DNA of 64,000 nucleotides from an uncultured Acidobacteriota bacterium (GTDB taxonomy: Bacteria; Acidobacteriota; Terriglobia; UBA7540): assembly GCA_963804995.1 (NCBI GenBank), contig CAWDSK010000006.1:672001-736000 (forward strand). The letters are read 5' to 3'. The notes under the pieces are model-generated. The model ran no database searches. It saw only the letters and a program-made list of their open reading frames with translations, and was not told where the DNA came from. A program made the position numbers and the translations under genes. This document shows, piece by piece, positions 34,456-45,000 of the stretch; the stretch's first letter is position 1; every line of letters starts with the position of its first letter.

Positions 34456-36042
34456 ATGAACCGGAGAGAATTCATAAAATCCAGCAGTGTTGCCAGCCTA
34501 TCGCTGGGTGTTCAACGGGGCCTTTACGGGAGAGATGTAGCGACGGCCCGGCCGCCGGAGGGGGGATCGGCATTAATGGTGGGTTTTGCGGAGCGCGACA
34601 TCACTCCCGACCTCGGCATGGAAGTTCCAGGTGGCTATGTCAAAGAACACTTCCGGGAAATTCACGATCCCTGCAAGGTTCGCGCCGTGGTTTTTGACGA
34701 CGGGCGCACGCGCGTGGCGCTCGTGGGTTTAGATGCTCTGATCGTTCCACGCTATGTGGTGCTGGCATCGAGGCGAATTATCCACGAGCGGTGTGGGATT
34801 CCGCCCGAGGCTGTTTTGATTGGCGCCTCGCACGACCATACGGCGGGACCTATCGGCATGGTCCAGCCCGGTCAGTTCGACCACGCTTCGCCACTGGTAA
34901 AGAAGTTAGCCTATGAGGTTTCTTCAACCGCGGATGCCGGTTACGTGGAACGAGTCCAGCAGGAGATTGTCACTGCGGTTTGTCATGCGGACAGTTGCCG
35001 CGTCGAAGCGCGCTGCGGATTCGGGGTGGGGAATGAAGGTAAGGTATCGTTCAACCGGCGGCTGCGCATGAAGAATGGCTTGACCTACTCGCACCCCGGG
35101 CAAGGCAATCCGGACATCGTGGGTTATGCGGGTCCCATCGATCCCCAAGTGGGAGTGGTTGGGGTGTGGGACAAAGGTGGGCGCCTGATGGGATGCATCG
35201 TCAACTTTGCCTGCCACGCTACCACCAATCCCGAGGGATTCTCCGCCAATTGGATTTACTACATGGAAAAAACCATTCGGGGATCACTGGGGCAGGAGTT
35301 GCCGGTGGTGTTCCTGCAAGGATGCTGCGGAGATATAACCCAAGTGGATAATCTAAGTCCTTACGCGTTTCCGACCGAGGAGAAGTGGGCCGAAATTGTG
35401 GGGAGTCATGTGGGGGCGGAGGCGGTGAAGGTCTTGGTCAGCGCTACGTCGGGCGATGAGATTCGCCTGGAGGCGCGAACCAAAGTTTGGAAAATCCGGC
35501 GTCGTGTGCCGAGTGCCGAGCACGTCAGGCGGAGTTATGAGCTGGTGCAAAAGGACCCCAAGCAGGTTGACATGACGGACTGGGTTTTCGCCAAAGAGAC
35601 GGTCCTGCTGGATGCCATTTTAGCCAAGGAGCCAGCCGCCGAGGTGGAAGTGCAGGCCATCCAAGTTGGGCCGGCTGTGTTTCTGACGAATCCGGCGGAA
35701 TTATTTGTTGAGTACGGGCTCGAGTTGAAAGCCCAGAGCCGCTTTCCTTTCACATTTCCGGTTGAACTCGCCAACGGCTGTGTCGGATACGTTCCCACCG
35801 AGGAAGCCCTGGGGCCGCATGGCGGGGGCTATGAAACGCGGCTCACGAGCTACAGTAACCTGGAGGTTTCAGCAGGGCGGCAGATAGTGGAGGCGGGATT
35901 GGAACTGGCAGGACAAATGATCCCAGGGAAGGTTCCCGCTCCCCAGAAGGCGCCACCCTTTAGCACCGCAAGCGCCACGGGTGCAAAGGGATTTGGGACC
36001 CAGGCGTGGTCCTATGGCGATGTCCCGCCGCAGCTTGATTGA
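34456..36042 (+). CDS. Neutral/alkaline ceramidase-like hydrolase (Tat)
   Basis: NRREFI, DITP, ASHDHTAGP, NFACHAT, LQGCCGD, ELANGCVGYVPT. Confidence 0.65.
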   Translation: MNRREFIKSSSVASLSLGVQRGLYGRDVATARPPEGGSALMVGFAERDITPDLGMEVPGGYVKEHFREIHDPCKVRAVVFDDGRTRVALVGLDALIVPRYVVLASRRIIHERCGIPPEAVLIGASHDHTAGPIGMVQPGQFDHASPLVKKLAYEVSSTADAGYVERVQQEIVTAVCHADSCRVEARCGFGVGNEGKVSFNRRLRMKNGLTYSHPGQGNPDIVGYAGPIDPQVGVVGVWDKGGRLMGCIVNFACHATTNPEGFSANWIYYMEKTIRGSLGQELPVVFLQGCCGDITQVDNLSPYAFPTEEKWAEIVGSHVGAEAVKVLVSATSGDEIRLEARTKVWKIRRRVPSAEHVRRSYELVQKDPKQVDMTDWVFAKETVLLDAILAKEPAAEVEVQAIQVGPAVFLTNPAELFVEYGLELKAQSRFPFTFPVELANGCVGYVPTEEALGPHGGGYETRLTSYSNLEVSAGRQIVEAGLELAGQMIPGKVPAPQKAPPFSTASATGAKGFGTQAWSYGDVPPQLD

Positions 36043-36116
36043 TCAAGGGGTGGGCAGTAGCCCCATGTAGGGGCGATTCCAGATCAGATCGGGACAGGTT
36101 GCGAACCGCCACTTCG

Positions 36117-36156
36117 GGATATCGCAGACCCTAAAGTGCACGGGTCTGCGCCAGCC
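36117..36156 (+). repeat. REP copy of the RAYT-flanking family (unoccupied)
   Basis: GGATATCGCAGACCCTAAAGTGCACGGGTCTGCGCCAGCC, close match to 50880-50919. Confidence 0.85.
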
Positions 36157-36227
36157 AACGAAAAGCCGGCCGCCTCCCGCTTGCGGCCTTCTGCCTACTG
36201 CTTTCTGCCTTCTGTTCTAACGCCCCC

Positions 36228-39200
36228 CTACCGCACCGGCACGGGCAGCGTGTCGTAGTAATTCGGATAGGCTGGTTTCGGGTACGTGGGTGGTGGATTC
36301 TTCTTAAGCAAATCCAGAACTATTTCCACGGCGCGCTCCAGTTGCGGGTCATGGCCTTCACGCACCAGTTTGGGATCAAGTTCGACTTCCACGTCCGGCG
36401 TGATGCCGTGATTCTCCACCTCCCACTGTCCCTTGGTGCCGTAGATGGCCCAGCGCGGCGCGGTGACGCCGCCGCCATCGAGGAGAGGGGGATAGCCGCC
36501 GATTCCCACCAAGCCTCCCCAGGTGCGTGTGCCGACCAGGGGGCCGACGCCCGTCTTGCGGAAGTACCAGGGCATGGCGTCGCCGCCCGAACCCGCGAAT
36601 TCATTGATGATCATCGCCTTGGGCCCGGCAATGGTTTCCTGTGGTTCGTAAGTGACTTCACCCTCGCGCGTCAGGATCAGGCTCTCCGTGGGGCGGCGGA
36701 GGTAATCGATAATGTAATCCGCCAACTGCCCGCCGCCATTGAACCGCTCGTCCAGCACCGCGCCTTGTTTGCCGACTTGCGCGAAATAGTAGCGATTGAA
36801 ATTCGCATATCCGCCCCCCGCCGTATCGGGCAGGTACACGTAGGCGAGCTTGCCACCGCTCAGCGCGTCCACCTTGCGGCGGTTGCCTTCAATCCAGTCG
36901 AGGTTGCGCAAGGCGTTTTCGCTCTCGACCGGCACCACGGTCACATCGCGGGAGCCGGAGCCGTCCGGATTGGGCCCGACCTTCAGAACCGTCTGCTTTC
37001 CGGCCGTCTCCTGGAAGAAGCTATAGATTTCGTCGCTCGCGGTAAGGTTACGACCGTTCACCGCCACCAGGTATTCACCCTCCTTCACATTGACGCCGGG
37101 CTGGGTGAGGGGCGCGTGCAGTTGCGGGTTCCAATTCTCGCCGTTGAAGATCTTGGCAAAGCGGTAGCGGCCATTTTCGATTTTGTAGTCCGCCCCCAGC
37201 AATCCCACGTGCACTGTGGGGATATCCGGATGCTTGCCGCCCGCGACGTACAGGTGCAGCACATTGATGTTCGAGAGCATCTCCGCGAAGAGGTAGTTCA
37301 GATCGGCACGGCTGGCGACGCCGTCGAGAAACGGCGCGTAGACTTGTTCGGCTTTCTTGATATCCAGCCCGTGGTAGTGCGGGTCGTAAAAGTAGTCGCG
37401 CTCGATGCGCCACACCTCGTGGTACATCTGCTTCCATTCCTCGCGGGGAACCACGTGAACTTCCATGGCCCCGGTGTTCAACATCCCTTTACCGGGCGCG
37501 GGTGGTTTATCCGCGGGATTGATGAACCAGTGGTCGCCTTCGAGGTAGAGCATCTTCTCCCCATCAAAGGAGAGGTGGAAGTCTTGCACGTTGTCCACAA
37601 TGCGTTCCGTCTTGCGGGTTTTCAGGTCGAATCTTTGGACGATAGAACCCCCCGGTCCCGTGCCGATATCGACGACGGGGCTTTCCGTCAGGAAAATGAC
37701 TCCCTCTTTCCCCGCCACCAGGGCGTCGTAATTGCGGGCGGGAATCGGCAGAGCCAAGATGCGCTGGCTGAGCCCGTCGAAATCGATCTTGACGGGCTCC
37801 GGCTTCTTCTCGCCTTCCTTGGGTTTCTCCTTGTCCTCACCGGCAGCGGGTTTGGAAGCACTGTCCGCACCGGCGGCGGGCTGGGAGGCGCCCTCCTCCT
37901 TTTTAGCTTCCGGGGGTTTTTCCTCGTCGCTTTCCGGAGCCAGGGGGGAAGGCAGGTCCTTGCGCAGAACCGCCACGTAGACGCTGCGCGTGACGGGACG
38001 ATCCTCGCTGGTCATATCGAGCCAGCCCGTACTCAATCCCATATTGGTGCTGGCGGTGAAGTAGAGGTACTTGCCGCTCTTATCGAAGCGGGGATAAAGC
38101 GCGTCGCTCATCCCGTCGGTGACTTGCGTGGCCTTGTGGGTCTCCGGCGAGTAAACGAAGACGGCGCGCAGGTAATTGGGAAGCTGCAAGGTGTACGCCA
38201 GCCACTGGCTGTCCGGTGACCAGGTCACATCGATTTCGTGGAGCGGCGAATCGTAGCGGTCCGTATCCACCTTGACGGGTGTAGGGTGGTCGAGGTCAAT
38301 GTACCAATAGTTCAACCGCTTGTCGCTGTAACCAATCTTCTTGCTGTCCGGCGACCAGAAGGGAGAATAGAAAAATGAGGGCGGGTTGCCCAAGTCAATT
38401 TTCTTGACCGTTCCCAAGCCATTCTGGTCGCGAATATGCAGCGCGTATTCCCCGGACTCGTCGGAAAGGTAACAGATGGATTTGCCATCCGGGGACCAGT
38501 TCGGGTAGCGCTCTGCCACTCCCGGAGTGTTGGTCAGGTTGCGCACGTCGCCTTTTTCCGCGGGCACGGTGAAGATATCGCCATGCCATCCGAATATGGC
38601 GCGAGCGCCCGTGGGAGAGATTCTGGCGTTGGCAAATTGCCCGTTGCCGTAATGTTCGAAGTAAGGCCGCACCTGGGGCATGTCGCCCGCCACGCGAATG
38701 TGCACCTCGTGTGAATGGCCGGAGCGCGGATCGAAAATGTGAATCGAACCGAGTTGCTCGTAAATGATGCCGCCTGGGCCGGCCGAGGCGGATTTCAAAT
38801 CGAAACCCTCATTCTTGAACAGCATCTTCACTTGCTGAGTTTTGGTGTCGTACGAGTAAAGCGTCACGGGCCCGTCACGGTCGGAGAGAAAATAAATGTG
38901 ATCGCCAATCCACATGGGATCGAAATCGTTGGAGCCTTCGCGGGGGATTCGGGTGACGCTGGAATCCGCCAGATTGGCAATCCAAATGGGTGCGGCATTC
39001 CCGCCGCGATAGTGCTTGATGGCGATGTAGGCGTCGGCCGCGCCCAGGCGGCGGTTCCACCGCGGGACGTAAGCCAGGTGCGAGCCGTCCGGAGAGTAAG
39101 CGCCTTCCACTCCCATGGGCAAAGGCAGCGCCGTGGGAAAACCACCTTCCACGGGCACGGTGTAGAGTCGTTCGAAACGCGAATAGCTGTCGCGCATGGT

Positions 39201-39576
39201 GCGGAACAACACGCTCTTGCCGTTGAGTGTCCAGCCTACCGCCACGTCTGAGGCCCGGATGGAACGTGAGCCGGCGCGGATCACCTCCCGCCGCGGCGAC
39301 TACGTAGACGTCATCATTGCCATCGTAATTCCCCGTGTACGCGACCATCGTTCCGTCCGGAGAGAAGATCGGATGGCTCAGGGTTCCCGTGCCGGTTACC
39401 AGACGCACCGCATCGCCACCCTCACAGCTGACAATCCAGATGTCGCCGCCATAGTTGAAGGCGATTTGAGTCTTGCTGAGCGTGGGATCTTGCAGGAGCA
39501 GCGGACCGGAATCCGCCGCCACGGCCAGAAGGGAGGCGAACAGCACAAAAAGAGTGGTTAGCAGAATTCGACGCAT
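36228..39576 (-). pseudogene. Tricorn-like S41 protease, frameshifted (+1 nt near 39252)
   Basis: Signal peptide and propeller repeats in ORF 38875-39576 switch frame at TFHPG/SDVAVGW; DERFNGGG, AGSGGD and GTRTWGG catalytic region; may be a sequence error. Confidence 0.88.
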
Positions 39577-39963
39577 GGGGGCTCCAGGGTTGCAAAGTGA
39601 GAGTGATTGGGGTGCCGAGAAAGCCGGAACCAGAGCGAATCAGGACCGCGCCATTATCCCAGATTTCGGCGTCGGACTCTACCAATGAACCAGGGCGGTA
39701 GGGTGCCATATCAATTTCAGAGGCGACCGCCCTGGACGTCAGTGCTGCGCCGTCTGCAAGCTGATGGAATCGTAGAGGACGCCACGCCCTAGAGTCAGAA
39801 GTTCGCTGATTATTAGAGAACCCCCTCACCCGTCCCGCCCCGGCTGGTGAAAGCGCCGGCGGCGGTCCACCCTCTCCCCTCGGAGAGGGCTATGATTCAA
39901 GGTGGCTGACGTAGGAGGCCGGATGAGGGGTTACTTCCACCCGCAGGGCGTCGAAACAACTTA

Positions 39964-40872
39964 GAGCTTATCCGTAAATAATAATCGTCTGTCGCCAGCA
40001 GATCATGGCCGCGGCTAAGGTTAGTAGGGCGACGTAGCTTTCCTCGGTCTTTTCAAAGCTCACCAACACCTTACGGTATCGGTTGAGCCAGGAATGGGTC
40101 CGCTCGACCACCCAGCGGCGCGCCTTGTAACCGGGGACGAGGAGCTTTGCTTTCATCTCTTCTCGCCGTTGCTTGATATGCGGCCGGTAGTGGCGGTTCG
40201 TGGCCGCTTGCCGAGCGCGGGATCCCTTGTAACCCGCATCGGCGCAGAGGTGCTGGGGCTTTCTCGGTCTCGGCGCCGGTCGCGCTCTCACCACCTGGTC
40301 GAGGGTGGTGGCCAGCAGCTTCACATCATGGACGTTGGCTCCGCTGACGGCGAGCGACAGTGGGACGCCACGCCCGTCGACTAACAAACTTCGCTTGCGC
40401 CCATTTTTTTCCCCGATCCGTGGGATTCGGTCCCACACACGCCAAGGCCAGAGGGGCTTTCACCAAGGCCCCGTCGATGCTTTGCCAGTCCCAGGCAATG
40501 CCCTCCAGCTCATCGTACTCAGCCAGCCCCGACCGCCACAGCGCCAGAAAGAAACCCGCCCGCTGCCACTGTTGAAAATGCTTGTGGATCGCGCTCGCGC
40601 TGCCGAATTCCTTGGGCAAGGCCTTCCACTGACATCCCGTGCGCAGCACATACACAATGGCCGAGAAGATCCGGCGCGCCGGCATTGGCTTCCTCCCACC
40701 CCCCGGCTTCCGTCTATACTTTCGACCTTTCGACCGCTGTCGAACGGGAATCAGCGGTTCGACTTTCACCCAAAACTCGTCGGATACTTCCCAAGATTTT
40801 ATCTGCGGCATCTTGGGTCATAATCATGCATCAAATTGTAGCAGGCTTCAACTATTATTTACGGATAAGCTC
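39964..40872 (-). mobile_element. IS5-family element (909 bp)
   Basis: 20-bp perfect IR GAGCTTATCCGTAAATAATA; TTA duplicated at 39961-39963 and 40873-40875. Confidence 0.9.
39968..40811 (-). CDS. IS5-family transposase in two overlapping ORFs (probable programmed -1 frameshift)
   Basis: LRTGCQWKALP, IDG, NPTDRGK then NGRKRSLLVD, ADAGY, RWVVERT; GGGGAAAAAAATGG (minus strand) at 40401-40414. Confidence 0.88.
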
Positions 40873-41751
40873 TTAGAACTTATACCAGGCGTCCATGAAA
40901 TTCTTTCCCCGGATGACCCGGGTCCGGTCATTCAGCCACTCGACGCCTTCCCGGGGCGAGATCTGATGGGTACCCACGGTTGTGTCTTCTACTTTAATTT
41001 CCACGGGTTCACGAACTTGATAAGGCTTGAATTCTCCCAACCGTTCCATGGCGCGACGGCACTTCTCGCGGATCAGCGTGCAAGCCACAGAGTGAGGAAG
41101 CATGAACCCGCCGGTTCGGCTAACGCCGGACTTCACTTCCGCACACTCCGCTTGGGGCACCAAGGCCAGGAGCTCCTTACAAGCCGCCGTGTCTCCTGAC
41201 AGCATGATGGTTGGAATGCCGAAGCTCGCCGCTACCATCAAGTTCAAGCCGATTTCACCGACGGGCATCGAGTTGACCCACACATTCTGCGTGCCCTCGG
41301 GGTCCTCCGTGTGGCCCAGGATACCCTTTTCCGCTCCCGCCATGGCGTGCTGGCCGATAAAGATCATGGCGCTGTAGGAGGGGTTGAGTGTAAACGTGCG
41401 CGGAACCGAGCCGGTCAGCAGCCGCGCTTTGGGATTGATATCCGACACGGAGAGATTGGTGCCGCTCCAATGCCCATCCAATACCACAACCTCCGTCGCG
41501 CCTCCCTCATAAAGCCCGTCCACCGCAGCATTGGTTTCCCCCGTAAGCAGCTTTCGGGATTCCTCCCAGCGCGGGCTCTTCCACGGAACACATTGCAGAT
41601 CTTCGTCCATAATGCCGTCCACGCCTTCCATGTCCGTAATCACGAATACCTTCTTGGATTGGGCGGTTAGCCCGGGTCTGGAAACCGCAAGGGCGATAAC
41701 AACCCCCAACCCCAGGGCGGCAAAAGCTGACAGTAATATCCTTTTGGACAT
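40873..41751 (-). CDS. M55-family (DppA-like) D-aminopeptidase, secreted
   Basis: ITDMEG, DGH, IGQHAMAG, LGHT, GEIG, SGD. Confidence 0.88.
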   Translation of the reverse strand: MSKRILLSAFAALGLGVVIALAVSRPGLTAQSKKVFVITDMEGVDGIMDEDLQCVPWKSPRWEESRKLLTGETNAAVDGLYEGGATEVVVLDGHWSGTNLSVSDINPKARLLTGSVPRTFTLNPSYSAMIFIGQHAMAGAEKGILGHTEDPEGTQNVWVNSMPVGEIGLNLMVAASFGIPTIMLSGDTAACKELLALVPQAECAEVKSGVSRTGGFMLPHSVACTLIREKCRRAMERLGEFKPYQVREPVEIKVEDTTVGTHQISPREGVEWLNDRTRVIRGKNFMDAWYKF

Positions 41752-41863
41752 AACAAAACCTCCTATTCTTTAATCTCGTATTTGAAAGTTAGCGGGCACA
41801 CCGGGAGACATCAACCTGACGCCTCCCCGGACACCCACGCCCTGACCTTACGGGCGAACGGAG

Positions 41864-41905
41864 CCCCCTGGCTCGACCCTTCCAAGCCGGGCCGAGCCAG
41901 GGGGG
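41864..41905. terminator. Strong hairpin downstream of the TonB receptor gene
   Basis: CCCCCTGGCTCG ... CGAGCCAGGGGG; no clear U-tract. Confidence 0.35.
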
Positions 41906-41922
41906 TTGTGTGCGGTACGGTT

Positions 41923-42048
41923 TAGCAGGCTGATGAAAATCGACGTAGCGGCGGGTTTACCCCGCCATCCGCTGTTGAAATCGTTGGCGATATGGCGGGG
42001 TAAACCCGCCGCTACGTCTCACCGTAAGGGTCTTTCAACAACCTGTTA
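41923..42048. repeat. MITE-like outer IR enclosing a GTAG REP doublet (41945-42015)
   Basis: Outer TAGCAGGCTGATGAAA / TTTCAACAACCTGTTA; inner GTAGCGGCGGGTTTACCCCGCCA / TGGCGGGGTAAACCCGCCGCTAC. Confidence 0.8.
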
Positions 42049-45000
42049 GAAAATAAACTTCATCCCCAACTGCACGATACGCGGCTGCCAAGCCCCGCTG
42101 ACTTGGCCATTCTGATAGTTATTAGCGTTTCCGCTGCAGGGGGCGCCGAACGGAGTCTCCCCCCCGCAGAAGGCGTTGACCCCGTTCCACTGTGGATGGT
42201 TGAAGGTGTTGAAGGTTTCCAGACGGAACTGGAACGTGGAGTGTTCACCGTTAAACCAGGGCGCCTGGAAATCCTTCAGCAAGGCCATATCCCAGTTGTT
42301 CCGCCCCGGTCCCGTCAGGACGTTGCGCCCTTCATAGCCGAACATGCCAGGTTCGCCGTTGGAATAGTACTGCGACAGATACGGCTGCTGGAGCATGGCC
42401 GGGTTAAACCAGGTGGGCGTGGGGCCAAACTGCGTATCGGTCATATCCACACCCTTCTGGATTTTGAGCGGTCCCAGGGTGTTGCACTGCATTCCCCTGC
42501 CCACTCCGTTGCTGAATCCGGTTTCGCCACATGAGATATTCACGGGGGTGCCGGTGAAGAAGCTGGTGATGCCGCTGATCTTCCAGCCGCCCATCCCTGA
42601 CCTCAGGAAAGCACTTGAGGCATGCCGGAAGAACGGCAACTCATAGGTGTAATTCAGCACCAGCACCTGGGTACGGTTGACGTCACCATTGGCTCTCCAG
42701 CGGGACGGATTAGTGTTGTCCACGCCATAATTCGCAACATAGCCGGTGGCGGTATCGATGGCGTGCGACCAGGTGTACGCCCCCTGGAAGGTGAGCCCAT
42801 GCCCGATAGCGTGCCGGTAATTGACCTGTAGGGATTCGTAATTGGATATGGCTGAGTACTCAAGCCAGTTGAGGTACCCGAAGCCCTGATAGGTGTTGAA
42901 GTAGATGGAGGGAAACTCCTGGCTGATCAAGACATTCTGCACGTTGCAAGTGCCGGAGGCATCGCAGTTGGGCTGATTCGCCAGGATCGGAACATTCTGG
43001 GTCCCGGCGCCATCGGGAATTTGATTCAGGTTGCGACTGTGACCCAGATGACGCCCCTGGGTACCCACCCAGCCTACGCTCAGGAAGTTACCCCCCGTGA
43101 ACTCGTGCTGCACGGTGAAGTTGTACTGCATGATCATGGGGATAGCCTGGTGGGGAGGGAAGGCTCCGATGCCCGTCGGAGACAAGGGACCGGCGACAAT
43201 GTTCTCATACCCCAGTATGTTATTCGCGACCGGGGCTATGACTGCGGGCGGACCGCCATTAGTTTCTCCCGCACTGACCTCGAGGCCCGCGTTCCAATCG
43301 TGGTAGACACCGAAACCCCCACGGACCGAGGTTTTGCCGTTGCCCTTCGGGTCAAAGGCAAAGCCGAAGCGCGGCGCCCAGGTAAAGCGGTCCGGGTAGC
43401 TGCACCCCAGGGGCTCTGATCCCACCCCGCAGATCGCCAACCCGTTCCCAGGCGACGTGTAGAAGTGACCGCTGCCCGGGATTAGATAGCCGTTAATATC
43501 GATTTTCGGCGCGTCCGCTGGATTAAATTGGCTGGGGTTAAAGGTCGTGGCGTGTTCAGGGTTGTCAATGTTGTGATACATCTGGGTCCATGTGTACCGT
43601 ACTCCCAGATTCAGGGTCAGCCGGCGTTCCACCTTCCAGTCATCCTGGAAGTAGAACTCAACTTGTTTCCACCGGTCGTGATTCTCGCCCCACCCGCCCA
43701 AGGCGGTTCCGGTCACATAGTTGTAAGGCGTTCCTTCCGCATACGTCTGGATGCGGCCCAGGTACATGTCCGCCAGCGCGTTGCCGGATGTGATCGGACC
43801 TCCGCCTGTAAACGAGAAGGAGCCTTGGGGATCCGTATACTGCTGGAGTGTGTCATCGAAATAATCCTGGAATAAGAAACCTGTCTTCAAGGTCTGCTTT
43901 CCCAGGTTAATGATCAGATTGTCCTTCGGGGTAATGATCGGTAACGAATTGTGGTACTTGGGGTTCGAACCGGCGTCTTCGTAGAAGCTGAACCCCGTCC
44001 CGCCACCCACGGACACGCCAGGGAGGACATTGTAGGCGGCGTTAACCGGAAAGATGGGCACTACGCTCCAGGTGGACGGCTTCAGAATCGATCCCGAGGG
44101 CGAACCTGGACCCGGCTGAACACTAATCCAGTGCGCGTCATTGTTAAACGCCAGGATGACCTCATTCATCACGGTGGGTTTGAAGGTGTGAGTAAGGTGC
44201 AGCACGGCGTTCTTGGCGGGCACCCGGAAAGGGCTGGCGATGGTGTCGTAACTCGCCCCGGTCCAGAGCGCGGGAGTGAGGGTCTCGCTCCAGGAGTCCA
44301 GCGTAAAGCGCAGGAACAGCGCCGTCTTTTCGTTGATGTTCTGGTCCACACGGCCTACTTCCTGCTGCCAGTCTTGGGGAACAATGGGAGCTTTCAAGTA
44401 GCCCTTCACACCATTGTTGGGCAAGGGAACCAGAGCGCTGATGATGGCTTGCGCGTTGGGGTTGATGGGTACGGTGTCCCCTGCGAACGGCAGACCGGTG
44501 ACAGGGTTGGTGGGTACGACGCACCCGGAAGCGGCCACGGCGTTATAATTCGCCGAAGCATGGTCGCATTCGCTGAAGTCCCCTTGTCGCATGCGCACGG
44601 TCGGGGCATTCGATGAGATGACCGACCCCTCACGGTACCTGGCCCAATTTTGCGACCAGAAGAAGAACGTCTTGGACTTGTCGGTATTGTAGTGGTGTGG
44701 GATGTAGAACGGCCCGCCGAAGGTGAAGCCAGGGAGATTCCACTTCAGAGGCGTCTTGGGCGCATTACCGCCGGCCGGAGCTATTTCCCGGTTCGCAAAC
44801 CAGTCGTTCGCATCCATATGGTCGTTGCGCACAAATTCAAAGGCGTCACCATGGAAATTCTTTGTCCCTGACTTGGTGACCACCTGGATGTTCGCGCCGG
44901 CATACACGCCAGTGTCCGCGCCGTAGTTCGAGGTGGAGATGCGGAATTCGGCGATGGAATCGAGAGCAGGTACGGTGCCGCCCCCCACTCCGCCGCTGCT

